The notes under the pieces are model-generated. The model had not been told where the DNA came from, made no database searches, and saw only the letters and a program-made list of their open reading frames with translations. Of a stretch of 64,000 bases of DNA, positions 26,620 to 38,840 are shown piece by piece. A program made the position numbers and the translations under genes. The first letter of the stretch is position 1, and every line of letters begins with the position of its first letter. Source of the stretch: Camelus dromedarius (lineage: Eukaryota); NCBI RefSeq assembly GCF_036321535.1, contig NC_087437.1:33606001-33670000 (forward strand). Reading direction: 5' to 3'.

Positions 26620-27850
26620 TTTAAAAAAATCTATTTATTCATTTGAACAGATAATTCATAAACATAATACAAAATTCAAAAGAAGGATATACATGTATAG
26701 CAATTTTACACTCCATCTTTATTTCTTCACTTCATCTCCCTGGAACAACCATCCTTAGCAGTTTCTTGTATTTAAGCATATATGGCTGTATATTGCATTT
26801 TTTTTCATTTATTTTGTTTTCTTCCTTAACAATGTGATTGGTGATACCTGGTGATTGATCCGTGTATATACACATATCTACTTCTCTCTCATTAATGGTT
26901 ACACAGTGTTCCAGCTACAGATGAACCATAATTTGTCTTACTACTTTCTTATTGATGGACATTTGAGTTGTCTTTAGTTTTTTGCTATTTAAAGCAATGC
27001 CAGGATGAATATCTTTTTGCATACATCTTTGGACATTGTGGAAATAGACGAAGATCAACTAAATGAGAAAAGCAAACGCTATCTACCCAGGCTTGCAAGG
27101 GTAGATAGCGTCACTTACTTTGTGGCAGAGACTCTCACTTACTTTGTGGCAGAGACTCAAAGGCAAGTGGAAGAGTAGGAAAGCTTTATAGTGGAGAACA
27201 ACGAAGCCTTCAGGTATGACCTGATTGGAGGCTGTTGGCACGAGGAAGCTGGAGGTGGGCTAACTAGAAGTGGGGCAGTCTACGTAATTGGTCAGGGGAA
27301 CAAATTTGGCTTTTTCTGATTGGTCCAGAGTTGGATGTGGGGACAAAAATTAGGGGAGCTGTCAGTTATTAATCAAGTCCTGGACATTTCGAGCTGATTG
27401 TTACAGAAGTTATTGTTTAGCTTCCTGAATTGTTACTAAAGATAACTGGCTTCCTGAAAGTCTGACTTATAGCAGGTTGGCTACCTGGGCAGGTTGCTGC
27501 AGGCTGTGGGTCAGAGTTCTAACTTTATATATGGCCCAACCATTGTCCATTTGTCTAATCTCTTAATACATATGAGAATATATATAAGATGAATTCCTAA
27601 AGGTGGGATTTCTGAATCAAAGATATATGCTATTTAATTTATATATATTTTGTCAGATTACTTCCCAAAACTTTTGATGAATTTATAGTCCTCACACCTT
27701 TGTGGGGATATAACAGGTATATTACCAACTTTTTCATCTCTGCCCAGTCTGACAAGTTGCTATCTCAGTGTAGTTTAATGTGTACATGTGATTGAGTTTT
27801 TTTTTTTTCATCTGTTAACTCATGTTTTTTCCTCTCTCTGGATTGTCTAT
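26620..27850 (-). mobile_element. Old L1M fragment split by an LTR insertion
   Basis: ttattgatggacatttgagttgtc..tttttgctatt..aagcaatgc before the LTR; attcctaaaggtgggatttctgaatcaaag after it. Confidence 0.7.
27037..27567 (-). mobile_element. ERV1-like solo LTR inserted in L1M
   Basis: Starts tgtgga after acat, with acat again at 27568-71 (possible 4-bp TSD); aaagctttatagt (TATA antisense), several ctgattgg (CCAAT), ttattaatcaagtcc. Confidence 0.75.
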
Positions 27851-27969
27851 TTATAAGGCATATTTTAAAGTGCTCCCAGGTCAGGGAAGGTACTGATAAG
27901 AGAGTAAGTCTTTAGTATTTAGAATTATCACCTTGAAAATTCAAACTAGAAACGGGATGGAGCAAGGGA

Positions 27970-28429
27970 TCTGCTCTTAGCAAATTTCAAGTATGCTGCA
28001 CGGTATTGTTAACTCATCACCATGCTGTCTATTAGATTCCATGAACGTATTAATCTTATCATTAAAGGCTTGTATCCTTTGACTAACATCACTCCCTTCC
28101 CTCACCCCCAGCCCCTGGCAACCACCAATCTGCTCTCTATATCTATGAATTTTACTTTTTTGATTTCACGTATAAATGAGATCATACAGTATTAGGTTTT
28201 TTCTGTCTGACCTTTCTCACTTAGCATAATGCCCTCAAGATTCGTCCATGTTGTCACAAATGGCAAGATTTCCTTCTTTTTTATGGTTGAAAAATACTCC
28301 ACTGTGTATACTGAATATGTATAATTTGTATATGATGATATATGTATGTATGTATATATATATTTTTTGATATACCACACTTTTTTTTATCCATTCATCC
28401 ATCAACATTTAGCACTTAGGTTGTTTCCA
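27970..28429 (-). mobile_element. L1MA-type 3' end
   Basis: ctcttagcaaatttcaagta...cccagcccctggcaaccacca; ORF 28192..28380 has an ORF2-like peptide (EYFSTIKKKEILPFVTTWTNLEGIMLSE). Confidence 0.9.
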
Positions 28430-29302
28430 AGGACATGGGCTTTGAAGTTGGGCAGCGGAGGCTGTATTCCCAGCTCAGCCACTCATGACCCTAAGGGATG
28501 GAGTAGGCTTTCTCATGCTCATTGGTTCAATAGAACCATTATTATGTGTTCAGAAGTTCTTGGGGGGGGGGGTTCTAGCACAGTGCCTGGAAAGTTGTAA
28601 GTGCCCAGTGACTGCTGGCTCAGGTTCTCCTCTTGGGTGGAGGACTAGAGGACTTTCCAGTCACCTGGAAATCTAGGCAATACTTTGATTTTTAGCAAAG
28701 ATTTCAAGTCAAGCCCTCATGAACACGAGTCATAGACCCTAAAGCTTTCTAAGTTGGCAGGATTTCTTTAATTAAACAGTCCTAGTAATACCCTGGGAAG
28801 GAGCGGGGGATGGGAGCCATGGCAAATGTGTGTGCTGTAATTTTGTTGCAAATGCAAATTAGTTTTCCTGTCATTTGCTAGCAAGCCCACTGTTTATAAT
28901 AACTGTTCATAATGAATCAGGCTGATATTTTGTTCATACATTTTCCCTTGAGGCTTTAATAACTCTGCTCCTATGTTTTATGGTTACATGTTGTGGAATG
29001 AGACTCTGGTGGAAATACAATCCTATTTTATAGCCTCCATAGAAATGAGAGGCAGAAAAAAACAGCAAAGGAAGCAAATTAGTGGTCAGAAAGAGAGGAG
29101 CGCTCCTCCAGCCAGGCCTGGAAAGTAACTGAGGAAGATGAAGGATGGTCCTGAAAGTCTCCATCAATGAAGTGGTTGAGCAGAATTAAAAATATACCAA
29201 AGGTTATATTGGTTGGGCTTGGTTAAGTGAAAACCTTAGGTGACCTGAACTGAATAAATACTTACTGATACTTACTATGTCCCAGATCTTGTATAAGGTC
29301 TA

Positions 29303-29658
29303 AAGCTGCACCATTCAATATGATAGCCACTAAAAAGAACATGAAAACATGACTGGGACGTTGTGCTGTACACCAGAAATTGACACGTTGTAACTGACTG
29401 TACTTCAATTAAAAATTGAATAAATAAATAAAAATGAAAAAGAGAAAAGAAAAAAATATATGATAGCCATTAGTCACATATGCCTATTTGAATTTAAATT
29501 ACTTAAAATTAAATAAAATTTAAAAATTCAGTTCCTCAGTTTTGCTAACCACATCTCAAGTTCTCAAACCACAAAACACATGGCTAGTGGCTACTGTATT
29601 GGGCAGCACAGAAGAACATTTCATTCATTACAGAAAGTTCTGTTGGGCAATGGTGCTC
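29303..29658. mobile_element. MER3-like hAT-Charlie MITE, interrupted by L1
   Basis: caatatgatagccacta|gtcacatatg...aaattaaataaaatttaaaaattcagttcctcagt...catggctagtggctactgtattgg...cagaaagttctgttgg. Confidence 0.8.
29333..29457 (+). mobile_element. Very short young L1 3' end with A-rich tail and 15-bp TSD
   Basis: catgactgggacgttgtgctgtacaccagaaattgacac..gtaactgactgtacttcaatt plus A-rich tail; TSD atatgatagcca(c/t)ta at 29318-32 and 29458-72. Confidence 0.9.
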
Positions 29659-30269
29659 TGGAGATACATGGACAGGTAAGACATGTCTCCTGCCCTTGAA
29701 AAATGTATAATCTTGGAAGGCAGATGAACATGTCAAGAAGTAAGTTGATATCTGGACTGTGTTAGAAGTATGTCATGCACTGTTGTGGGGATTGGGGTAG
29801 GATGAGGAGGCTTAAAAGAGAATGGTGGTCAAATATAGGAGGATGAAGGAAGGGCAGCTGTTCATAGAAGGTGGAGAGAAGACCTTAGTCTTAAAGGTGA
29901 GTGGGTTTTCTCCAGGTGGGCAAGGGTGGAGGAGAGCATTATGAACAGAAGAAGTAGAAACACAAGTGGAGGCGGGTGAAGCAGTGCGGACCACTTAGGA
30001 AGATGCCCCCGGTCCAGTACGGCTGGAGTATGTATCTAGCACGATGCGGCCAGAACTAAGCCCAGGGAGGTGGGCGGGCCAGACTGGGAGGGTTTGGGCA
30101 TCATACCAAAGGGGCCAGGGTTTTGTCTTCTGGATAATGAGGAGGCAGTGAGGGGTTTTAAACAAGAGAGCGAATTATATGATCAGATTTATGTGAATTA
30201 GAATGAAAAAAGTTTGGGGTTTGTTGCCAAAGGGTCAGTGTCATTTTGAACACTGCATTTCACTGTGTA

Positions 30270-30420
30270 TTTGGTCAAGCTGTTTAACTTTCGTGAGTCT
30301 CAGTTTCCTCATGTGTAAAACAAGACTTAATTGCACCTCACACGGATGATATGAGGCTGAAGTAATGTCATGTAGGTAAAACAGCACAGTTCTTGGTACC
30401 TAGAAAGTGTCTAACAAATC
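30270..30420 (+). mobile_element. MIR
   Basis: tttaactttcgtgagtctcagtttcctcatgtgtaaaa...agcacagttcttggtacctag. Confidence 0.8.
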
Positions 30421-31070
30421 TTAGATTCTTTTCTTTTGGCCTTCTCATTGCAAAAGAAACAAAGTAAGTGAGGACCATCTGTGCCTTCAGAAAACCATTA
30501 ATGTCTTAATTAACTAGTTAATTGATGTCCCTTAATGCTGAGTAGGAATGTGTGGATGAAGAGGACAAGGACACAAGTACCATGGACACAGACAGACAGA
30601 CACAAGTCTTGCCTGCCCAAGGAGACATTCTAAGCTACACGGGGGTACTAGCCTCATGTTACCTATGTGTGTGTGGGGGCGTTTGTTGGGGATTAGTTTT
30701 CAGTGAGGAAATGCACATGTTTAAAGGAGAGAATTGATTGAACCAAGGAGAAAGTAATGTTGACACAGGGAAAGAAAATAAAAGTGGTCCCTAGTGGAGT
30801 CATAAGGTAGGAAAAATGAAATCTGCAGCAAAACACCCACTGACCTTCCTCCTCTCCTAGAGGCTGTCCTGGGGAATCCTTGGCCAGGAGGTCACAGAAG
30901 GAAGGGCATGGCGGGTTCAGTATGAGGATGGCAAGTCTGGGATGTGGAGCACTTGCTGCTGAGTTAGTTGAATTTCCTATTTATTTAAATAAACACCTTC
31001 TATACTCTGATTTTACACCAAATCCTCGTTTTCATTTTTTCTTTCCCACATTTCTGTTTTCTCTTAACAG

Positions 31071-31880
31071 TTGAAAATGGCATTTAGATAGTGGATTAGA
31101 ACTCTCGTTCTGATTGTATAACTATAGCAGCGTTTCCCCGTGTTTCCTCAACTTTCACGTGCCAGTGGAAGAAAAAGCGAGAGCATAAGCACCCTTAGTA
31201 TTAGCAAAACAAAACAAAAATCCCAAAACCGTTGGCTAGAGTTCTTATCCAGTCAGGAGTGAATGCAATGGTTATGTCCTATTGATTAAAAACTCTGAAT
31301 AGATTTGTTTATCTCTTTTTAAAAATTTAAAAATTTTTTTAAATTTTAATAAAACATTGGAAAATTAATCGTCACTATGTTCAGTTTGTTGCATAAAATC
31401 TTTCAAAATAGCTGGTCCCTGGAGGGAAGTTAAAAGGGACATTAGGAGGTAAACAGCCTGGGAGTCACTGGCCTGTAGCAGGACTGTTGTGGTATGTAGA
31501 AGGGTAAAACTGGCCACAGTATTTTTTCTTTAAAATTGTGGAAAGATGCTCACAATTTTATACATTTTCTTCAGATTTTTGGAATAGACTGTTATTAGAG
31601 TATGCAGAGCTCAAGAATGCCTTTTTCTGTTTCTGTGTGTTGTTTAAATATGTGGTTGGAGCGATGGCATCCCCTACAATTATGCGCTAGTCTGGAAATC
31701 ATTTGTCATGACACATGTAGTAAGAATGGCAGGTAACTCCAAGGACCACAAACATGTGAGACCTGCTGTCGTCCTAGGATTCCAGAGCTAAATTTTCTTC
31801 GAGTCAAATCAGTAGTTTGTTTGTTTCTTCTTTTGGTGCAGTTGAGATATTTTAATAAATATTCGACTTAGAACATTCCA
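31071..31880 (+). other. Candidate 3'-terminal exon / 3' UTR of an unidentified + strand gene
   Basis: About 100-nt AG-free zone (30968-31068), long pyrimidine tract, AACAG acceptor; early stop in every frame; repeat-free downstream sequence with AATAAA at 31348 and 31854 and ATTAAA at 32084. Confidence 0.45.
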
Positions 31881-32374
31881 CTTAAAATTTTTAATCTTTG
31901 TAGATTTATAGTATTGCAATTCCTGTGTCAAAATGACAGATACTGATACGTATTTTAAGGTAATCTAATATGAGTATTTTTCAGTGCACCGTATCAATCA
32001 ATGCCCTGACAGGCCATAAAATGCTACAGCTCATAAAGAACCAGTAAATACTCAATTTTCAAGGTACAGCAGGAGAACTGTAAATTAAACTGGTTACATA
32101 ACTATAAAATAATTAGTCCTGTACTTCCAGACAAGTTTGAGAACTTCTCTGCCAAGATGACTATTTGAAAAGAAACTGGTGCTGATAGTCTATCTGGTTC
32201 CACGCTGTGCTTTTTTTACTTTATATCCCAATATCTCTCCTCTTATTCCTTTCTCAAAATGAGTTTATTTCCTCTTCTAGCTTCAAAAATCTCATATGTG
32301 CTGATAGCTTCTAAGTTTATATCTCCTACCCAGACATCTTGTTCACTACACAGATCCGTATGCTCCAAAGCCCC

Positions 32375-32830
32375 TCAGGAGTCGCTTGGGTGGGATCTCC
32401 CCTTATATACAGACCCAGAGACAAGGGTTTGAGTGTGAGTAGTTAATTTGGGAGGGTTTCCCCAAACGCTCCAGCAGGGGAGTGAGGAAGTGATACAGGA
32501 ATCAAGGGTTTGTCAGGAAGCAGAATACCACTTATGTACAACTGGGGTTCAGTCCCGATGGGGAACTCTGGGAGACAGCATAGAAGACACCTTTGATTTA
32601 TCCTCCCCCAGAGAGATGAAGGGGCTGGAATGTGTGTCCTTCAGCTCCTCTGTCACTGCCTGAAGGCTGCTCCAGGAAGTAACTCCCCATCGCATTGGCT
32701 TGGGTGCCCATGTGCACGGGGGTGAGGAAGTTTGCAGGTGGAAAGGGGGCATGGGCAGTGCAGCACAGTGTCTGGGACTGCCCTCTCCACGGAATGTCAC
32801 ATGGATTCATCAGGCTCCGCGGTTCCAAAC
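32375..32830 (-). mobile_element. ERVL-class LTR (LTR16/LTR33-like)
   Basis: cagacccagagacaagggtttgagtgtgagtagttaatttgggagg...ggggagtgaggaagtgatacagg. Confidence 0.65.
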
Positions 32831-32959
32831 CTGGCTCCCCAAACTTGTTTTTTTTCTTCACACCCTGAGGAATGTGCTACAATTTACTGCTTGATTCAGG
32901 CAGGAACCGAACCCCCTCCAGGCTTCTCAGGGACCAAAGCTTATTAATTTTACCTTCTC

Positions 32960-33540
32960 CATAGATCCTGACTCTGTCCACCTTTTTCTCTCATCATTGG
33001 CACTATGTTACTTTATTCCCTCATTATTTTCCCCATACTTGCCTACATTGGCCTCCTGACTGTCTCTCTGCTGCTCTCGCCCATCTACCAGCCTTCTTCC
33101 TTCCAGAGGGAGAGTTCCAAAACCTAGATCTGACCGTGTCCCTTCTCCGCATCCCTGGATGGAGTGTAAACTCCCTGGCACTGCACGCAAGGCCCTTCAG
33201 GGTGTCGCCACTCTCATCCCATGTCACTGCCTCACCTCACCACGCACCCAGGCCACGCAGAGCTGCAGCAGCCCTGATGCGCAGCATGGCCCTGTGGGGC
33301 TGGCTCATCGTGAGGCATCCCCTCCTGAGGGTGCTGTATCGTGACTCGTCACCTAGCAGGTCTGCACCTGCTCGCATCTCTTACCACTCCAGTGTTACCG
33401 ACTACTTACTTGTTCGTCTCAACTCCACTCTAAGTGCCCTGAGCGCAGGGGCTCTTTGTTAGTCTCAGTCTCTGGAACCTAGGACAGTACTTGTGGGAAC
33501 TCAATGTGGGTGTTCAAGAAATATTTCCTGAATTAATTCA
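32960..33540 (+). mobile_element. L2 3' region
   Basis: cattggcctcctgactgtctct...aaaacctagatctgacc..gtcccttct; ends gtgttcaagaaatatttcctgaattaat. Confidence 0.75.
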
Positions 33541-33584
33541 TTTGCCGAAATTATTTTCTTTACTCCTCAAAGGAGTCCTATAAG

Positions 33585-33720
33585 ATTGTATTATTATCTT
33601 GACAGATAAAAGTGTTGAGGTCAAGTAGGTTAGACACCGTGCTCAAGATCGCAGAGCTAATAAATGATCAAATCAGGATTCGAACTCAAATCTGCCTCCA
33701 AAGTCCATACTCTTTCCATT
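33585..33720 (-). mobile_element. MIR
   Basis: gacagataaaagtgttgagg...gctaataaatga..caggattcgaactcaaatctgcctccaaagtcca. Confidence 0.7.
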
Positions 33721-35021
33721 AAATAATGTTCATTTTTACCATCATAAAGCACTCCACATTTTCTTCACCTTTTATGAATTTAAAGAAAATAATGTAAGTT
33801 TAAATTTTTTTCTAGAAATGAATGTGCTCACGGTTAGCTTCTTCTAGAAATAAAATATTCAGCCACCAGCCATAGAAGACCTGCGAGGCTCAGTGCAGAG
33901 CTTGCTGAGAATAGCCTGCGACTTTGTCGTGGAACTTCAATGTATGGGGGTTGGACCATGGAAATGAATATCCACGGGTAGGTTGTGGTGCCTCTGAGCT
34001 TGTGGAATTTAAATAAGCATCAGTCAGTTTGACAGTCAGGAGGATATATGTGAGGGCCTGGAGGGTGGTGGGCAGGGTGAGGAGATTTGGAAATATAAGC
34101 AGTAAATTTTCATACATCACTGATTGTGGAAATGAAATGATTATCCATCAATTACAAAGCAGTTAAATGGCTATGTTTCTGGGTTTTGACTGCACTATTT
34201 ATGTATCCAAGTCTCCTGCAAGAGCTGCTTATGCACCACAGTCCATGCTTGACAGTCAGCGTCAGTTTCAATTGGAAATACAGAGTGGTCTCTGGATTTA
34301 GAAATAAGTAAGCAACAAAAAAGAAGGGATGGTACTGAAAGAATGCCACTTTTGAAATAAAGCAGGTACCTCAGAAATTATAAGGAAATAATTTCCAAAG
34401 ATAAAATTAGGTCAGCCTTACAGGAGTATTTTTTTATGTTGTGAAACTTAAAATACAAACTTATTTATGAAAGTTACTAAATTATCCATAAATCCAGAGT
34501 TGCAAAAATATGCTTTCTTTACATTCATTTAAGCTCTGGGTCAAAATATAAAACTTTGGATCCCTGATGCAAAATATAAGACTTGGAAAATTCAAGCACT
34601 TTATGAGAATTTAGGAGTGGAAATAAATGAGGAAATAAATGTAAGACAATTAATATAGTACATGGAATATGGTAAACAATCAATAAATATTTGCTGCAAT
34701 TATCATTAATTTAACATAGTGGCCTCATTTCAATCCAAAAAATATATTATGTCATGGGATACTTCTAAATACTGTCTGTGTTATGAAATCACTATCATCT
34801 CCATCTGATGACAACTAGAGTGCTTTCTTATTGTTAGTAATTAAACATATAGTGCAATTGTGCAGATGAGCATTCAGATTTGCTTACATTGGGCCCAGCT
34901 TAAGTAGTTAAATTGAAAAATATCAAAGAACTCAACGAAAATTTACATATCCTTTGCTCTTATCTTCATTATCATTTGTGATGAAGCAGAAGCCTCCTTG
35001 CTTCCTCTCTAGAAACTTGCT

Positions 35022-35710
35022 TTCAACAAATATTTGTTGAGTTCCCTCTTTGTGTCATTTTCTAGGTGCTGAGGGTACAGCAGTGAACAAAACAGACACA
35101 AATACTCACCCTCACAATGCTAACATTTTTAGAGCAGGTCAGGCAATAGAAAATAAATAGTTGAAATAGGAAATATTTTAAATATTTTAAATGCAAAGTA
35201 ATATAAGAAATAAAGCAGGGAAAGAGTTTAAAGTCTTAAATAGAGAGGATAGGGAAAGCTTCAATGAGAAGATGATGTTTGGGTATAAACATGAGTGAGG
35301 TGAGGGCAAACCCTGCAGATATCTCTGCAACCATGTTAAGGCAGAGGAAAGTAGGGCATGGACTTTGAGGTGGGAACATACAAGGAATGGTCAAAGAGCA
35401 CCAAGGAGCCTGGGTGACTGAAGGAGAGGGTGAGCAAGAAGATGATACAAGATGAGATCAGAGAGGTAATGGTGGACCATATTGTGTGGGACATTGTAAA
35501 CCGCTATAAATGTTTTTTGCCTTTACACAAGGTGGGAAACCATTGGAAGGTTTTGAGCAGAGAAGTGATGTGATGGGACTTTATATTTTGTGCAGAGTAT
35601 AGACTTGGTGACAAGAGTGGAAGCAGAAAGACCAGTTCAGAACAAGCTGGGGATGATGGTGGCTTGGACCAGGGTGGCACCCAATAGCGACATGAATGCA
35701 GCCAAGCTGA
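35022..35710 (-). mobile_element. L2
   Basis: ttcaacaaatatttgttgag...gtacagcagtgaacaaaacagac...cattggaaggttttgagcagagaagtgatgtgat...gatggtggcttggaccagggtgg. Confidence 0.9.
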
Positions 35711-36290
35711 AGGAGTACCTTTTCTTCTAGACATCCTAATAATGTATTGGATGCTATTGATATTTTAAGGCAAAGAAAACTCATTTTTAACATGCTGGCA
35801 TATTACTAATGTTTGGATTTTGTTAAATACAGACGGCTGTGCTTGAAGAATTGATACAATGCACATTGCATTTCCAGGCAAAAGAAGCTGCAGCTACACT
35901 AATCATAGAATCTTGAATCCACATACTCTAGAAAATGCTGCATTTACACAGCTGAAGTGTTGTGCCTCAGTAGAGGACCCACTCTATCCCCAGTATTGAG
36001 GACATTTCTCCTAACATTTTGTAGCTGATTATGGAGATATTGGCAGGTTCCATGGCCATTCGCAAGCAGCCAGATGAAACAATCAAATGAAGCTCACTCA
36101 AGGCTTTCGTGTCTTCTGTGCATGCCTATTCACATCAATGAATTATTATATTCTGAGCCCGTTTCAAGAACTATAAAGGCGTCTGACATATTCAAAATGA
36201 AAACAGTCTTTGCCAAATAAAATGTGATTAGAAAAAAAATCTTAGTGTTCTTTATTCAGAAGGCAGCACTGTGATGTTAGAACGCACATC

Positions 36291-36338
36291 TTTTTTTTTT
36301 TTTTTTGGTTTTTTGTTTTGTTTTGTTTTGGTTTTTTT
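36291..36338. repeat. poly-T/(TTTTG)n simple repeat
   Basis: Directly visible. Confidence 0.9.
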
Positions 36339-36689
36339 TGGCTATTTTGGCAAAAAAGAGAGAAACTCCTTGTTTCCACATCAGCCAGTACTGGTGTTAG
36401 TCTCTGACAACAGGCTTGAATGAAATCTTGTCCAAGGTCACAAGCATCACTTCCTTCTTCACAGCTGATTTTTTAATAGTTTCATCATGAAGTGGGAAGA
36501 GAATATGAAGTTTTTCTCCATGCATAGAGAAATTTTCTCTGGCTTTCTACTAAACATCTTGAAACATGAAACTGCATTTCAGGCATCAGTTTTATTTATC
36601 TGAGATAAGAACAAAGTCTCCTTTGATAACAGTTTGATAAAGAGACCTGAATTCATGTATTGATTTACTTAATGGATGTTTTAGGCCCA

Positions 36690-37600
36690 TAGTATTCAAA
36701 TTGGGGATCCACAAAGATTTCCCAAGGAGTATGAGGACTGGATGTATTTTAATGAACAAAAATTTCCAGAATTTAAACTGTCTATTAAAATTTCTTTAGA
36801 ACTAAGCTGCATGAGAACATACTTCAGGTTATTTCTCCTTTCCCACTTTCTCTTTTATAATTGTGATTCTTCCATTTAAAAAAAGGAAAGTATATCTCAT
36901 TTACCCAAAATCTAATATGCTGCATTGCCCAGGGTGTTAAAAATGTCCAAGACATAAAACATTAACACTGATTTTGAGAAAGGGAATGATTCTAATGACT
37001 CGGTAATAAATTGTTTTGCAAGTCAGATAGTTTCCAATTCTTCATTTCTAATGAAATTGAAGAAAGATCTAATCCAGTTGTCAGCTGATAGATCATTAAA
37101 TATAATGTTTGATGAAAGGCACTGTGATTTTAAGAATATAACTTAGAAGGAGTTTAGACACTTTGAGAAACAGTTTCTAGAACTGAATTTTTAGCCATTC
37201 TCATATATCTATTCATATAAATCTCAGGCTTACATCTATAAAAATGATAAATAGAAGTAGAATTGATACAAAACCCTCTCTCACTCTACTGGGAAGTAAT
37301 ACTTATTCAAAGGTAGATGAACTAATGTAAAAGGGATTCATCTCATTAAATGATGCAATTTCAAAAAAAAACTTAACTTTGATAATTATCTATCAAAATT
37401 TATAATATATTTATGTTATTTTAATAAATTATGTACTAATAATTTTAATAATAATTAAAACTAAAATAAATTTTAAGTGCTTAAAACCTTTAAGCCATAG
37501 AAATCCATTCACATTTTATGTGGAGAAAAAAGATTAAGTAATCAGTAAAAGGACTTTTAAGCATAAAATTTACATTAAATTTAGATAAAGTTCTTCAGGT
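36690..37600. mobile_element. Probable ancient DNA transposon (hAT-Charlie-like) remnant
   Basis: Very AT-rich segment starting cccatagtattcaaattggggatccac; resembles decayed Charlie internal sequence; similar sequence may resume at about 38860-39070. Confidence 0.35.
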
Positions 37601-37609
37601 GAAATAAAC

Positions 37610-38840
37610 TGTCAGATTTCTCATCTTCTCACTCATGTGTCTTTTTCCTATAGATCTTTCATAATTTTTATCATAATTATTTTCACCTCTGACCCTAAAA
37701 ATTCCAATCTCTGGACCACCTGTCAATCTCTTTCTGTTGATTGTTTCTTCTCTTGACCATTAGTCACATGTTCTTGCTTTTTTGTGCATAGTATAATTTT
37801 TCTTAGGAAGAACATTTTGTGTAAGAGATCAATATAGACTGAAGAAAATAACATTTATCTCCAAAAAGGGGAATGCCCATTTTCTATCAGGCCCCTAGAG
37901 TGGGAATTCAGTCAATCTGAACTATATTTGAACAGACTTGGGACTTTTTGCACCTGTAGTTTGATTTGGTTCTCCACCACTGGCTTCAAATATTTTGAGG
38001 GCATGATCCTGACTTTCCTTTCAACAAGGTCTGATGTCAGAGAGTTGGAAAGATTCCAGAAACCTTCCTGTGCTTTGGAGTTCAACTGCCAAATTTTGGA
38101 ACTATGGGTGATATCTTCTTGCTTATGACCCAGTTGGTATGGTTTTGAGCCACTGGGGAGTTTTCTCCACTATCTAGTCCTGCCTCTGTTTTCTGCACAT
38201 ATGGAGATTGAACCTTCAGCCTGATTGACTCTTCTTTTGCTTTTGGAGTGCTGCTGCCCTATGCTGTGAAAACTAGGAATGCCCTGGAAGAGCTTCTCTT
38301 ACCAGCTATTAATCTTTGGCAGCTGAAAGTTTGGAGTGCCTCTGATAATTTCTCTCAGCTCTCCTCCTATGTCCCCCTTCATTCCCTGCCTTTGAAAGGG
38401 GTTTGCATTTGGGAACATCTCTATGGACCTCAAAGAGAAATGTTTCTCAGCTTTCTTTCTCTGGGCCCTTTGCTTTGGGCATATTACCCTCCGTACCCAG
38501 TAGAGATCTGTGAGTAAAAGTTGGTAGGTAGGTGCATATTAACAGAGTTGATTGGAATTCCCAGGTATATAATCCATCATGTCACCCTACATGTGGCAGC
38601 TCAATGTTTGTTTAATGTTTGACTGGCTTTTGTTCTTATATGTCTTACTGGGAGGAGACATAGATCACTTCTCTCTCAGGAAGGGCTTGTCATTTTCTGA
38701 AATTTAGTTATTTAGGTATCTTAATAGCCTATCTAGCTTTTTTTGTAGCTTATTTTATTATTTTTATTTATTTAGGATTTTTACTTGTTAAGATAGGGGC
38801 AATGATCTGTTATGACTTTCTGTATCCAAACCAGAAGTCC
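37610..38840 (-). mobile_element. Old L1M 5'-region fragment
   Basis: aattccaatctctgga..cctg..tctttctgttgattgtttcttctcttgac...tcacatgttcttgc; ends gactttctgtatccaaaccagaagtc. Confidence 0.5.

Larger units (their letters stand above)
29245..30195 (-). mobile_element. L2 fragment hosting nested MER3 and L1
   Basis: tgaataaatacttactga..cttactatgt; tcctgcccttgaa; gagggggttttaaacaagagag...gatcagatttatg. Confidence 0.75.

Noticed and set aside
31316..31350. AT-only palindrome (and a similar one at 43343-43372)
   Set aside because: Short A/T-run palindromes are expected by chance at this composition.
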